Positions 29,244 to 41,950 of a DNA stretch of 64,000 nucleotides are shown in pieces (within the stretch, counting starts at the first letter, position 1; each line of letters opens with the position of its first letter). The notes beneath the pieces are model-generated. The model searched no databases, was not told the DNA's origin, and was given only the letters and a program-made list of their open reading frames with translations. Location: assembly GCA_963702845.1 (NCBI GenBank), contig OY969763.1, positions 1,056,001 to 1,120,000 on the forward strand. The letters are read 5' to 3'. The DNA comes from an uncultured Verrucomicrobiae bacterium (GTDB lineage Bacteria > Verrucomicrobiota > Verrucomicrobiia > Limisphaerales > Palsa-1400). Made by a program: the position numbers and the translations under genes.

Positions 29244-31797
29244 TTACGCTTCGGCGCGGACGCGTTCTTCGCGGGCGTCTGGGTGCGCCTTCGCCGATCG
29301 AGACGGTGGAAGCTGATCTTCGGGCGTTCGCCTTTGTGCCACCAGAGGACCAGAAACGCTGGCGATGTAGATACTGGAATATGTGCCGGTGACGATACCG
29401 ACCAGGAACGTGAACGCGAAGTCGTTGATTGACGCCGCCACCGAAGAGGTAGAGCGCCATCGTCGACAGGAACACGGTGCCGGAGGTGATGATCGTTCGG
29501 CTCAAGGTTTGGTTGAGCGCTTTGTTCATGACTTCCTTGAACGTGCCGCGCACGCCCAGTTTCAGGTCTTCACGGATACGGTCAAAGATAACGATGGTGT
29601 CGTTAATCGAGAAACCGATGATGGTCAGCACCGCCGCGACCATTGGCGCGCTGAGTTGGCGTCCGGAGATGAAGAAGATGCCGAGGGTCATGAGCACGTC
29701 GTGCATGACGGCGACAACCGCGCCGACCGAGAATGAGAACTCATATCGGAATGCGACGTAAATCAGGATGCCGAATAGCGAAAGGAATGATGCAATGACG
29801 GCTGACTTTTGGATTTCAACACCAACAGTTCCGCCGACATGTTCGCGGCCCATGACCTGGAAGCCAGCGTTCGGGAATGTCTTTTGCAACGTTTGTTCAA
29901 CAGCGGTTGATTTGCCGTCAGGTGTGACGACCTGAAGCATGTCGTGATCTGCGCCTTTTTGATATTGGATCTGAGATTCGCCAGCGATCGGTTCGACCGA
30001 CTTTACGAATGTCTTCAGCGTCGACCTTCTGCTTGAACGCCGAGCGTAATTGCGTCACCACCAGCGAAGTCAATACCCATGACGTTGTGGCCGCGATGAA
30101 AACCCCAGCCAATGCCGATCAACGATAATTACCCATGAGGTGACAAACGCCGGCAAAGCCCAGCGCATGAAGTCCCAGTGCGGGTTCTTAATGATGTGCA
30201 GCATGCCGATGCGATTGAGCCAACCGCGATCGAACAGGAAGTCGAAAATCAAGCGGGTCACGACCAACGCGGTGAACAAGCTCAGCGCGACACCGATGGT
30301 CAGCGTGACACCGAAGCCTTTGACTGGGACCGGTGCCCATATAAATCAGGATGATCGCAGAAATGAGCGTCGGTGCTGTGCGAATCGAAAATGGTGCCGA
30401 ACGCTTTGTCATACGCAGCGGCAATTGCGCCACGCAACGACTTGCCGGTCGCCATTTCTTCACGCAGACGTTCGTAAATCAGAACGTTGGCGTCGACCGC
30501 CATACCGACCGTCAGCACGATGCCAGCGATACCAGGCAGGGTGAGCGTGGTGCCGATTGAGCACATGACACCAAGCAGGATCACGAAGTTGATGAGCATC
30601 GCGATCGTCGCGAGCAAACCGCAGCGGTGATAGTAGACGAGCATGAAGATCGCAACGAAGAGGGTGCCGAGAACGGCCGCTTGCAAGCCGCTGTGAACCG
30701 AGTCTTTACCGAGCGTCGGGTCGACCTGACGAACTTCATCAATCTTGACTGGAGTTTCGAGCGGGTTTTCCAAAACGTTCGCGATGGAGATTGCTTCTGC
30801 GATGTCGAAATTACCCGTAATGACGCCGCGGCCGCCCATGATGGCGCTTTGGATCACAGGAGCGGTTTCTAATTCGCCGTCGAGCACGATGGCGAGACGG
30901 TCACCGATGTGAGTTTGCGTAATTTCGCCGAAGCGCTTCGCGCCTTCGGAATCGAATTCGAACTCGATTTCAGGAGCATTCGAAAGTTGCTCGCGACTGG
31001 GGAAAGCGCGTTTGATGAATTTACCGGTCAGCCCGTTGGCTAACCGCTTTTCAACGAGCAACGGTTCGTAATGTTCCGAACCATCATGAGCCTTTAACCT
31101 TCAGCTTCAAGACTTCGTAGCCGGGTTCGATGATATTTTCCTTGAGCAACTCTTCGCTCTTCGGATGGACCATGCGGAATTCCAGGTAAGCGGCCTGTTG
31201 GATATTCTTTTTTGCGGCGTCCTGATCGGCCTGGGACAAGCCGGGCAACTGAATCAAAATGTGATTCGCGCCAGCAGGTTGAATGACCGGTTCAGCAACA
31301 CCGAGACGGTCGACACGGCGACGGAGAACTTCGGCCGCTTGCGAGATCAATCGGGTGCGTTCTTCTTCTTTAACCAGAACAGTTGTGTTCGTGTCGGCAT
31401 GCGTCAAACGGTTCGTGTCGAGGCTGACCAGGAACTGCGTGCCGCCCTGGAGGTCGAGACCGAGTTTGATTTTGCCCGCGGCTTTGCGCTGTAAACGGTT
31501 CAGGATCGCGTAGTTCGGATCCTTGTCCGCCTTCACATTGTAATAAGGGAAGTAGGCCTGAAGGTCGTTAGTGCCGACGGCTTCGCGCAGCATCGTGAAT
31601 TCGTGCTGCTGGGGATTATTGTCCTTGGCGATGGCCGCTTTTGCATCGTCGACGATTTTATTGAACTTCGCGTCAGGATGTTGAGCTTCCTCCTGGAAAA
31701 TCTTCACCAACGGTTGATTCGTGGGCGGATAAATTTCCCAAACCGACCATGCCACGAGGAATACGATTAACGCCCACCAGAATTTTCTATTTTTCAT
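29244..31797 (-). CDS. secDF: Fused protein translocase subunit SecDF, multiple indels
   Basis: 'LGLDLQGG', 'TLPGIAGIVLTVGMAVDANVLIYER', 'IGFSINDTIVIFDRIRE', 'GTYSSIYIA'; follows yajC. Confidence 0.92.
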
Positions 31798-31806
31798 TGT
31801 TGTTTA

Positions 31807-32160
31807 TCAGGAAGCGGCAACAGCTTCGCCACTGCGCTCGGTTACATCTGCGATTGCGGACTTCAGAACTTCCAGTTTCGTGTCCGCAGAACGTAAAGAT
31901 ACGGTTTTGTCTTTGATGCTGAGCACCACGCCAAGAATGCCGCTGGTCGTGACGACTTTGTCGCCGGGACGCAGGCCTTTCATGAGGGTGTCATGTTCTT
32001 TCGCCTTTTTCTGCTGCGGGCGGATCATCAGCAAATACATCATCACGCCAAAAAGGGCGATCATCCCCACCATTTTTACCATTTCGCCGGTAGGATTCGG
32101 CGCCATCGGCTGCGCTTGCGCGAGCAATGGTGTCAGCGTGTTCAGAACGTGAGAAATCAT
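31807..32160 (-). CDS. yajC: Preprotein translocase subunit YajC
   Basis: 'YLLMIRPQQKK', 'LRPGDKVVTTSGILG'; promoter TTGCTA-16-TAGATT at 32207-32180. Confidence 0.95.
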   Translation of the reverse strand: MISHVLNTLTPLLAQAQPMAPNPTGEMVKMVGMIALFGVMMYLLMIRPQQKKAKEHDTLMKGLRPGDKVVTTSGILGVVLSIKDKTVSLRSADTKLEVLKSAIADVTERSGEAVAAS

Positions 32161-32232
32161 AGTTTCAATCGAGCCGTTTAATCTATGAATAAGCTTTCAA
32201 TTAGCAAGCCTAACGTTTGCGGAAATTCGACT

Positions 32233-33022
32233 CTATTTGCTTACTGTCGGCGCGCCATTTACGAGTTGAAATTGGGGCACCGAGGCGGCAATTAAAGTCT
32301 TAACCTTCTCGTAAGCGGCATCTTCCTGGCCGGGCAGGCAAGGCACAAGATAGCTTACGTAAGCCCAGCGTTCGAGTTCGCCCTTGGTAAACATGCTCTT
32401 CGCAATGGAAATCATGCGGCCGCTGTGTTCACGGGTGATTTCGCGATCATTGACGAACCAAAAAACATATAAACCGTCGATGGTTCCGCCGCGAGTTTCT
32501 TGAGTGACGGTCCATTTCATGACCGGCAGTTTGTAAGGTTGCGGGCTGTTAATGGCGATCTCGTCCGATTCCTTTTTCTGAATGTGCCAACCATTTCCCG
32601 GCAGGCAAAACTCGGGTTTATGGATGCTCGTGCGGTCCGACCCCATCAAAACAACGCCGCCTGCCGCCCTGAAAACCATCGTCGGTGAAATACAACCGAC
32701 GTCCGTAAGTGGTGTCGCCCGGCAACGCGTGTAATTGAGGCTCGGTAATCGGTATGGGCTGCGATTTAAAATCGAGCACGTTCTCCGGTAAAGGAACGCT
32801 TTGCTGTGTCATCGCGTTGCCCTTTTCATCGCGCAAGGGGACCGCAACCACCTTCACGCCGGGTGTGCCGAGCTTTTGATGACCCCGGAAGTAAACCAAT
32901 GCGACCGCTCCCAACACAATGAGCAGCATAGCCGCGATGAAGGGCAGCGGAGAGCTTTGCGACGGTGCATTGCGGCTACGGGTTGTAGCAACCGTTGGCT
33001 GATCGAACACAGGCGCGTTCAC
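32233..33022 (-). CDS. Exosortase-associated EpsI family protein (indel at ~32665)
   Basis: N-terminal TM, 'MGSDRTSIHKPEFCLPGNGW', 'YVFWFV'; GTGA overlap with the exosortase. Confidence 0.8.
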
Positions 33023-33961
33023 TGAGCCACCTCCACGGAACGACTGTTGGCGGAGCTGGGTTTGTCTTTCCAAAAATGGCTGATTACAAACATGGCGATT
33101 ATCGCCAAGGCAAACGTGAAAATCCATGCCGTGTCGTCCGTCGTTTTTGCTGCTTGAAACCCAAAAGTCTCGCCTCCGACGATCATCGCCAGCACGCGAA
33201 GGATGTTGCATAGGAGTGCCAGCGGCACCGTCAGCACGACAATCGCCGTCCGCTTCCATGGGCTGCGGAAGTTCATCATTGAGTAAACAATCATCAGTGC
33301 AGAGAGCGCGAGCAAACTGCGAATACCGCTGCACGCAGCAGCGACTTCGTAGATATAATTGTGATGCGGATTGAAAATTTGCGTTCCTTGCCGGACGACG
33401 TCCAGGCCGAGAACTGTATGTGCAATGGCCGTGCTGGCGGCTGCTGCCAAAATGCGCAGCGGTAGCGTGATGTTAGTGAGCAAATCCAAACTGCTCAACG
33501 GCATGCAATACGCGAAGAGCACGAAAGGAAATAACGTCGCTTTCATCCAGCGCCAGCCCCAGGTCAATCCAACCAGCGCGTACAATCCGGTAAAAAATGC
33601 GGCAATCGAAATACGCGGCTGTTGCACGACGTATCCAATGACATGCATCGTCACGGCGACCAACAGCAGGCCCACTCCCGGCCACCAGGAGCGTTGTGGC
33701 AATTCGAGTAGTTGTTGGCGTTTCCACCAGATCAGCGCCGAGAACAGCAAACGGGATAAGGAGCCCGTGACTGTCGTCCGAGTTCGCCTCGTTGTAGGTG
33801 TTGAACATCCAGCGAAGGAGCGAGGGGGTTTTGTAATAGCCGAAGCTGGAGTTGCCGATGAAATGAAACAGCAACAGCCATGCAGCCAACAAAGCGAAGA
33901 AAAACGGCTTATTGGTAATGCGTGGCCAGACTGCGGCAAACTCCTTTTTGAACTCCGTCAT
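33019..33961 (-). CDS. Exosortase/archaeosortase family protein (indel at ~33745)
   Basis: 'DDSHGLLIP', catalytic 'YEVAAACSGIRSL', 'NILRV', multi-TM. Confidence 0.88.
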
Positions 33962-34052
33962 TTGGAGGGGTGATATTACGCTAAGTAGGGGTTTTTCTCA
34001 ACCTTTGTTCCTGCTTTGCACCTTTGCGTCTTTGCGTTAATAATCGCGGCGC

Positions 34053-35015
34053 ATGAATTTTCTGGTCACAGGCGGCGCGGGGTTTATCGGCTCGCATTTA
34101 TGTGAGCGCCTCCTTCACGAAGGTCACGCCGTATGGACCCTCGACGACCTGAATCCGTTTTACGATATCGCGATCAAGCAGCGGAACTTGCGCGATATCC
34201 AGGCGCTGGCCAAACCGTTCACGTTCGTCCACGGCGACCTGACCAATCCGGAGTGTTTGGCAGAATTATTCGGCGAGGTTCAATTCGACCAGATCATCCA
34301 TCTCGCGGCGCGCGCGGGCGTGCGCCCGAGTTTGCAGGAGCCCGCGCTTTATCAACGGGTGAATGTGGAAGGCACCGTAAACCTGCTCGAAACGGCGCGA
34401 AAACACCGGGTTAAGAAAATCACCATTGCCTCGTCATCGTCGGTTTATGGCGTGAACGCCAAAGTGCCGTTTAGTGAAAGCGATCCGATTTTCTCGGCGA
34501 TCTCTCCTTACGCAGCCAGCAAGCTGGCCTGCGAAGCGCTGGGTCATGTCTATCATCACGTTTACGGTATGGACGTCGCGATGCTTCGATTTTTCACGGT
34601 TTATGGTCCGCGCCAACGTCCTGATCTCGCCATTCACAAATTCGCGCAGTTGATCGAGTGCGGCAAACCGATTCCAGTTTTCGGCGATGGCAAGACGGCG
34701 CGTGACTACACCTATGTGACCGACACGCTCGATGGCATCATCGCATGCACGAAGAAGGAGTTTGGTTTTGAAGTTCTCAACCTCGGTGAATCTCAAACTG
34801 TCGAACTGGACTTTTTGATTTCGCTGATAGAAAAAGCGCTCGGCAAAAAAGCCATCATAGATCGCCAGCCTTCACAACCGGGCGATGTGCCGATTACATT
34901 CGCCGATATTTCCAAAGCACGAAAAGTCCTCGGCTACAACCCGCAGGTCAAAATAGAGCAGGGGATTCCGAAATTTGTGGAGTGGTTTCGCAAAACCTAC
35001 TCGCCCAAGACATAA
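34053..35015 (+). CDS. NAD-dependent epimerase (UDP-glucuronate 4-epimerase-like)
   Basis: 'TGGAGFIGS', 'HLAARAGVRPS', 'SSSSVYG', 'YAASK', 'LRFFTVYGPRQRPDLA'. Confidence 0.92.
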   Translation: MNFLVTGGAGFIGSHLCERLLHEGHAVWTLDDLNPFYDIAIKQRNLRDIQALAKPFTFVHGDLTNPECLAELFGEVQFDQIIHLAARAGVRPSLQEPALYQRVNVEGTVNLLETARKHRVKKITIASSSSVYGVNAKVPFSESDPIFSAISPYAASKLACEALGHVYHHVYGMDVAMLRFFTVYGPRQRPDLAIHKFAQLIECGKPIPVFGDGKTARDYTYVTDTLDGIIACTKKEFGFEVLNLGESQTVELDFLISLIEKALGKKAIIDRQPSQPGDVPITFADISKARKVLGYNPQVKIEQGIPKFVEWFRKTYSPKT

Positions 35016-37700
35016 ACATTTCCATCGCCGACGCTAACGACGATTTCACTTTTACCGTCGCCGTTGATATCAGCTATGAGCGGCGTGCCGACGGGTCCAT
35101 CAAATTTCTTTGTCCAAATCGTTTCGGAATGATCGCCCGCATCTTTGATCGTGTATAGGTTGGCATCCTGTCCCCCGAGCAGCAAATCCGCCGAGCCATC
35201 TCCATCGATGTCGCCGGTGACAATTCCCGCGCTGGAAGTCGGCATGGCCAGTTTCCAATAATTTGTGCCGTTCTCGGCGTCGTAGCAGTAGATGGTTCCA
35301 TCCGCTTCCATCTGCACACCACGCCAACCTCGTGATTTTGTCGAAGGCAACAGGCCTTCGTTGAAACCCGAGTTGCCGTTGCGTTGCGGCCAGCGTTCCG
35401 TCGGCAAGTATTCGTGCCACAAACCTCGTTTGCCATCCAACGCGATACTGCCGCGCGAACTGTAAACGCCGCCCAGATAGACGAACGGATCGTGTCCTTC
35501 GCGCGTGAGCACAGCGGGGGATGCATATGCGCCCCACCAGGTAATCAAACTCGTAATGTTCACCGGGCCGACCAACAAATTGCCGGTCTTCCCATCGGCG
35601 ACGCAGTAGAAATCGGGGTTGAGGAACACAACGTCATCCGCGCCGTCGTGATTCATATCGAATGCGCTGCCACGTCCGCCGAAAGGTTGGAAGTGCCGCT
35701 CGATCGCCTTGATCTCGTCTTTTTCCCACACGATTTTGCCGGTGCGGCCATCAAGCAAATAAGTCCTCGCTCCGGGCTTCGATGAATAGGTGAACACATC
35801 GAAATGTTTGCCGCCGGTGAAATGGCCGATTTGGAAACAGTGCGGCCGTTCAAAATAAGCGCCACACGCGCCGCTATGCGGAAAATCGCAGCGCCACAAA
35901 ACATTCTTATGAATGTCGCGCGCCTGCACCCAAAGGTTGCCATCGGCAGCGCGGCCGCCGGTCAGGACGCACGGCTTCCCATCGCCAAGCAAATCGCAAA
36001 CGATCGGAATTTCGGACGATGGAAATTTCTCGATGGTGCGCAGCTTCTTCTTGTCGAGCCGGAGGACGGTTACGTCTTTGTTGTCGTAAATGAGGAGGTC
36101 GTTCTTGCCGCGTCCATACAAATCCGCAGCGAGCAGGTAGGGGACGGTCGTGCCTTGCAGCGGTTTTATGGAGCGCGGCAATTCGCGTGGCTCCTCGATC
36201 GGAAGTTTGCCGCGTTTCGCGACGACTTCGCCGGCTTTATTAATTCCCCACGCCTGGGACGTCATTCGTGTCCGGATCATTTCGTGTGAAGAATTCGGGA
36301 CTGCCGTCATGGTCGACATCTGTGGTCGTCGCCCATTGTGGATTGACGGCGTTGTAATAAAAGACGCGTTTGTCGTCGGATTTGTCGCCGTGCAGAACGA
36401 AAGGTGCGTTGGTGCGAGACCAGATTTTTTCCAATTTGCCATCGCGCAAACGCCGCGCTTCGTAGCTCTCCGGCGGTTTGAATTCCAATTGTGAACTGCG
36501 CATGCAGAACAGCGCGCGTGGACCATTCGTTCCCCACAGGGGCACGGAGCATTCAGGAACCAAATCGAGCATGGTCGCTTTTTCCGCGCCGGTCGCTGCG
36601 TCGAAAATGGTCGTGTGCCAACGTTTGTCGGTGCCTCCTTCGTAGACACTGACGATGACCACTTTGTGTCCGTTGCCTTCAAGATCGACGACTGGATCGG
36701 ACGGACATCGCAGCGAGCGCACTTCGGTTGTGACCGGATCGGGCCAACCCTTTGTCCACGCGAGTTCAAGTTTGCCATTAACGTTGCGCAGCACATCGAC
36801 GTGCTTGGTCCACGAGATGTTAACGAAATCCAATTTGCCGTCGCCGTCGACATCGATCAATTCGTTCCAGCCATATTGACGATGATTGGCGCCTTGTGGA
36901 TCCCACGCGGTGTGCGAAACAGCTTTGCCGGTCGCGAGATCGATCGTCCAAACATGGCACCAACTGTCCACCACCGCGTATGCGTGTCCGTCGCCATTCA
37001 GATCAGCGACCATGGTCGAGGGATAATAAATGACGTGTTCGGCGGGAACCCAATTCCACTGTCGCTGCACCTGTTTGCCGTCGAAACTCCAAAGCGCAAA
37101 CTCACCATTCATCCGCGAGCCGCCGGTTGAATTTTGCAGCATGGAAGTGACGACGAAAATTTGTTTTCCATTTTTGCCGGGAATGTAAGCGCCGCAATGG
37201 CCGCGAAATGAATAGTCGCCCGTGTTCACTTCGATCGCAGCGCGGCGCTTCCCAGTGCGTCCGTCCAAAATTAAATAGGCCTGCCGCGTGATCCCCATGT
37301 GCCCGGCAACCGCAATCACTTCGTTCTGTCCGTCGCCATCGAGGTCCTCAACCCATTCGACGTGATCCATGACGTAACCGTCCGGCGAACTTTCCCAAAG
37401 TTGTTTGCCGTTTTTGTCGTAAGCGATGAGACGCGCGCGCGCCGAAATGATGATGTCGTCTTTTTTGCCGGTTCCATGCAAGTCCGCATACGTCACAGCG
37501 CCTTGCTGCGAGCCGACGAAATACTGCGCAAGCACGCGCGGTTCTTTGGACATTTGCGCGACGAGAGGTTGGTTGCCGGTGAGAACGATATCGTGCCGCC
37601 ACATCGGCCAGTCACCGGGCGCGGCGGCGATTGGCGTGAACACGCCCGCGAGGAAAAGAATGCAGACGACTAGGGTTGTCGGCTTTCGGTGGAGTTGCAC
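34997..37700 (-). CDS. Secreted FG-GAP/VCBS-repeat beta-propeller protein (indel at ~36245)
   Basis: Signal peptide, 'DWPMWRHD', repeated D(L/I/V)(D/N)GDG motifs in two adjoining frames. Confidence 0.8.
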
Positions 37701-37734
37701 ACAGCCAACAATGCAGAAACCTTGAGCCAGCAGA

Positions 37735-37766
37735 AATAAAAAAGAGCGGGAGCAAACTCCCGCTCT
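37735..37766 (-). terminator. Intrinsic terminator after tig
   Basis: AGAGCGGGAG-caaa-CTCCCGCTCT with a T-run on the minus strand. Confidence 0.85.
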
Positions 37767-37789
37767 CGTGTAAATATTTCGAACTAAAC

Positions 37790-39106
37790 TTACGCCTTTG
37801 CCGCCGCCGGCACGTCTTCGACTTTCGCGTTCTGCACGAGCAGTTCGATGACTTTCTCGGTGAGCAGTTGCGAATAGATGTCCTGCAGGCGATCGGCTTT
37901 TTCCAAATCTTTCACCAGCTTATCGACAGGCACCTGATACTGCGCGGCCATCGCTTGCAAGCGTCCGGCGATTTCCATCTGCTCGACGCGCACGCCTTCT
38001 TTCGCAGCAATCTTTTGGAAAATGAACGACGCCTTGACGCGTTCCTTGGCCATGTTGTTGGCGTTCTTGTAAATGTCGTCCTTCTTGGCTTCGAGCGCTT
38101 CCTTCGGCACGCCGCGTTGCTGATTTTCGTTCACGAGATTGTAAACGATCGAACGCGTTTCGTGCTGGACGAGCGTTTCAGGCAATTCAACGTTCACCTT
38201 CTTCAGCAACTCTTCCGTTACTTGATTGCGAATGGCGCGGCTCTGTTTGGTGTTCAGTTCGTTTTGCAAATCGGCGCGCACGCCTTCGCGCAGCTTATCC
38301 ATGTTCTCTGCGCCGTATTGTTTGGCGAACGCCTCATCCAACGCCGGTAGAACTTTTTCCTTCACCTCAACGAGGTCGACTTCGTAGGTCCCTTTTTTGC
38401 CGGCGAGCGGCGCGGAAACGAAATCAGCCGGGAAATCGACATTCACAGTTCGCTTGTCGCCGATATTCATTCCGATCAATTGATCGGCGAAACCGGGGAT
38501 GAACGAGTTCTCTTTCACTTCCACCCAAAAAGCCTTTTGCTCGGTCAAACCGCGCGCGGTTGGCGCGATCTCAGTCAGCGGTTTGCCTTCGCTGCTGCCT
38601 TTATAATTCACCACGGCGAAGTCGCCTTTTTGTAACGGCCGCGTCTGGTTTTTAAAATCACCGACACGATCGCGCAACATAGTGATCGCATTGTCGACAT
38701 CGGCTTCCGTCACAGTCGACTGCTCGCGCTTCGCGGGAAGACCTTTGTATTCGGGCAACTCGAAATCAGGAGCGGTTTCAATCGTCGCGGCGAACTGGAG
38801 CGGCTGGCCCTTGGCAAATTGAATTTCTTCCACGTCCGGCGCGCCGACGACCGTCAGGTTTTGGTCTTTGATGGCCTTGTGGTAGGCGTTGCTGATGAGT
38901 TTGCGTTTAACTTCTTCCTGGATTTCCGCGTCGTATTTCTTCAGCACCATTTCTTTTGGTGCTTTGCCGGGACGAAAGCCGGGCAGGCGCGCGTGCTTTG
39001 AAAAATCTTTGGCGACCTCGTCAAAGCTTTCATCGACTTTTTGCGCTTCAAGTTCAACTCGGAGCAATTTCTTGCACGGACCCAAATTCTCAACAGTAAC
39101 GTTCAC
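37790..39106 (-). CDS. tig: Trigger factor
   Basis: 'LPGFRPGKAP' ribosome-binding motif, FKBP-like 'FIPGFADQLIG', 438 aa. Confidence 0.96.
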   Translation of the reverse strand: MNVTVENLGPCKKLLRVELEAQKVDESFDEVAKDFSKHARLPGFRPGKAPKEMVLKKYDAEIQEEVKRKLISNAYHKAIKDQNLTVVGAPDVEEIQFAKGQPLQFAATIETAPDFELPEYKGLPAKREQSTVTEADVDNAITMLRDRVGDFKNQTRPLQKGDFAVVNYKGSSEGKPLTEIAPTARGLTEQKAFWVEVKENSFIPGFADQLIGMNIGDKRTVNVDFPADFVSAPLAGKKGTYEVDLVEVKEKVLPALDEAFAKQYGAENMDKLREGVRADLQNELNTKQSRAIRNQVTEELLKKVNVELPETLVQHETRSIVYNLVNENQQRGVPKEALEAKKDDIYKNANNMAKERVKASFIFQKIAAKEGVRVEQMEIAGRLQAMAAQYQVPVDKLVKDLEKADRLQDIYSQLLTEKVIELLVQNAKVEDVPAAAKA

Positions 39107-39212
39107 AAAATGACCTTTCTTTACGCTTGCGGGAGAAAATACCCACCTAGCGAGTTGGCAAAGCTAAGTATTGCACGGTTTCCCGTCAATGCGAAATCGG
39201 TTAGAAAACTGT

Positions 39213-39242
39213 TGTAGGAGACTTGTCACCTCGTCTACTACA
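39213..39242 (-). repeat. GTAG-type REP-like element
   Basis: Reverse complement of 39218-39242 matches 41951-41975 at 23/25 positions. Confidence 0.7.
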
Positions 39243-40476
39243 AGTTACGAAGGCGGATGCAGATCAGGCTGTTTTTGCTGCGGGCGTAGAACAGGCCGTT
39301 GGCCAGCGCCGGAAACGCACGAGTGCCGGAACCGAGGATCTGCGCGCGGGCCGTGATTTTAAATTCCGCGGGCGAGGTAGGGCAGCGCAATAGTTCGCCG
39401 CCTTCGGTCAGAATAAATAATTGGCCATCGGCGAACGTCAAGGTCGCGGGGCCGGTCTCTTCGGTTGACCAGCGGATCTTGCCGGTCTTGAAATCGACAC
39501 AACGTAAACTTGGACGCGGTCCAAAACCCGGGTCGGTCCGGCCATGAATGCCATAGAGGAAGCCATCGTGCAAAATGCTGGTGGCATAGTGATCGGAGAG
39601 AATCTCGTCGCCGGACCAAACTTTTTCGGCGATTCCATCTTTCAATCGCAACAAAACAGCGCCGGTGCCGTAACTGGCGGACAGGAAAACCAAATCAGCT
39701 TGCACCAAAGGGGTGGCGGCATTAACCGATGCGTTCATGCGCGAGCGCCAGGGGAACTCAAACGCAATATTTCCATCAGCAGGGCGAAGGACGGTCAGTC
39801 CATCCCGAGTAAAAATAAATGCGCAACGATTTCCGTTTATATCCGCCATCACCGGCGAGGAATAACTGGCTTCGTGGCCTGTCTTTTTCCAGCGAACCGC
39901 GCCGGTCTTTTTGTCGAAAGCCACAATGCCGGCACCGTCCGAACCACCGAGGTTCATGATGACCGAGTCGCCCTCGACCAATGGCGAGCAGGCCCTGCCA
40001 AAAAAGCCTTTGGGCGCGTGAAAGGTTTGTTTGGTATCGACGCTCCAAATCTTTTTTCCGGATTGAAAATCAAGTGCGTGCAAAGCGCCTTCCGCGCCGA
40101 AAGTATAAACGCGGCCGTCGGCAATTGTCGGCGTGGCGCGCGGGCCTTCGTCGAAGCCGAAATCATCGCGATAAGTTGTTGGATAATCGAAACGCCAAAT
40201 TGGGCTGCCGTTTTTTGCGTCAAAGCACTCGACGATTTCTTTGTTGGTTTGCCGTTGGAAAAGGATGACTCGATTTCCGGCGACGACTGGGCCGCTGAAA
40301 CCTTCCCCGATTTTTTTCTGCCAGACTACAGGCGGGCCTTCGGTCGGCCACGGGCTGCTAAGATTTGTCTCTGTCGAGATGCCGTTTCGGGTCGGTCCCA
40401 AAAACTGCGGCCAATCAGCGGCGTGACTTTTGCCTGCCAAAATCGAAAGGAGAATTGCGATTACGGCGTTTTTCAT
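39238..40476 (-). CDS. PQQ-binding-like beta-propeller protein (BamB-like repeats)
   Basis: Signal peptide [13 protein letters not shown], '[12 protein letters not shown]', 'GPRATP', repeated 'D..TG...W'. Confidence 0.88.
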   Translation of the reverse strand: MKNAVIAILLSILAGKSHAADWPQFLGPTRNGISTETNLSSPWPTEGPPVVWQKKIGEGFSGPVVAGNRVILFQRQTNKEIVECFDAKNGSPIWRFDYPTTYRDDFGFDEGPRATPTIADGRVYTFGAEGALHALDFQSGKKIWSVDTKQTFHAPKGFFGRACSPLVEGDSVIMNLGGSDGAGIVAFDKKTGAVRWKKTGHEASYSSPVMADINGNRCAFIFTRDGLTVLRPADGNIAFEFPWRSRMNASVNAATPLVQADLVFLSASYGTGAVLLRLKDGIAEKVWSGDEILSDHYATSILHDGFLYGIHGRTDPGFGPRPSLRCVDFKTGKIRWSTEETGPATLTFADGQLFILTEGGELLRCPTSPAEFKITARAQILGSGTRAFPALANGLFYARSKNSLICIRLRNL

Positions 40477-41940
40477 TGTCCTCGCAACATTCGGGCTTTG
40501 ATTTGTTTTAGATCTCCGGCTTCGGTTTTCGTGCCGTAGTGTTTGTCTAATGGATAGCACCCGCTCGGTAAGCCGTTGCGCGGGGCGGTGGTGCAGTCGC
40601 TGAATGTTCGGCAGATTAGTTTTGGTGTTAAGGTTTGGCGATCGAGAGCGTCGGGGAAAATGTTTGGATAACTCAACACCATGCGACCGATGCCGACCAT
40701 GTCTGTCCAACCTTCGCGAACGGCGGCTTGCGCGACGTTCGGTAAGAATTCCTGCAGATAGCTGTAGCCAGTTCCCACAATAACAATGCTCGCTGGCGCT
40801 TGCGCTTTGATTTCCCGCACTGCGTTCAATTGTCGCGCGACATCAATCAACGGATCATTCGGCGGTTGGTAGCCGTCGGATGGCGGATAGGCGGCGGGCC
40901 TTTGAATGTGCGGATTGTAATAAGGCGAGCCTGCGCTCAGGTTGACGATTTTAATTCCCAGGTCGGCGCACAGTTTGACGAACTTCACCGGTTCGGTGAG
41001 ATCCATTTCGAGCGGGTTGTTTCTGGTTTACGCCGAACGCGTACGGGTAGGGCAGTGGGAATTGCTCCGGGATGCCGGGCCCGAGTTTGCCGGCTTCGGC
41101 CCGCGTGGGATCTGGTTTGAACGGGACCAGATCAAAGGCGCTCAGACGAAGCGCTAAATCAATCTTGTTCCCGCTCGCGCGAATGCCTTCCACAATCTCG
41201 CGCAACATCCGCGTGCGATTCTCGAACGAGCCGCCATACGGCCCGGGTCGCGTGAACGCGCTGAGAAACTCATGCAGCAAATAGCCGTGACAATGTTTGA
41301 TATCGACGAAATCTGCGCCCACGTCCGCCGCGACCTTTGCCGCGCGCACATAATCTTCGATCAACGTCTTCAGCTCAGAATCTGTGAACACCTGCGCGTC
41401 ACTGGTCACGCCAAATTTTCTGTCCAAAATCGGATGCCGATAGGCGACGCGCGATTCGAGCTGTTTGGAATTCGGACGGCAGAACCTGCCGGAGTGCGTG
41501 AGTTGGAAACCAATCACCAAATCATCGGTCGTACCATAAAGTTCTCGATGTGCCGCAACGAGGGTTTCACGGAGTGTGGCTAGGCCAGCTTTATTTTCCT
41601 CGGTGATGATCAACTGATTCGGGTTCGCGCGACCATCGGGACGAACGGCCATGGCTTCACCGCCGAAAATCAGCTTCGCGCCACTTTCACCGAATCGTTT
41701 CCAGCGACGCACCACATCGTTCGTGATGCCGCCAGTGCGTGTGCCGTCCCAACCTTCCATCGGATGAACACAAATGCGATTGCCGATGCGTTTGCCGTTC
41801 ACCGTCACGTTCGTGACCGGCTGCGCGAGTGGCGATTCAGTGCGCGGTGCGATCTTTTCGTCGCACGGCATCTCCACCTGCAATTGGTGCAGGAGCTTTT
41901 TGAAGTTCTCGACAGTTTTGAGCGTCGGGATGCGAACCAT
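40473..41940 (-). CDS. NADH:flavin oxidoreductase (old yellow enzyme family), indel at ~41010
   Basis: 'HPMEGWDG', 'QLTHSGR', '[15 protein letters not shown]', '[10 protein letters not shown]', 'CRTFSDC'. Confidence 0.88.
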
Positions 41941-41950
41941 TCTTCAATCA

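Noticed and set aside
17400..33800. Programmed frameshifting or true pseudogenes for secDF, recJ, aroF and neighbours
   Set aside because: Too many scattered shifts in both directions, some compensating, with no slippery-site pattern; sequencing error is simpler
34010..34040. CTTTGCG-type 8-bp repeats (also 50592-50610)
   Set aside because: Short 2-3 copy repeats with no additional structure; likely generic genomic background
39107..39212. tRNA upstream of tig, or clpP/clpX downstream of it
   Set aside because: No cloverleaf or TTC loop; tig is followed by a terminator and an unrelated gene
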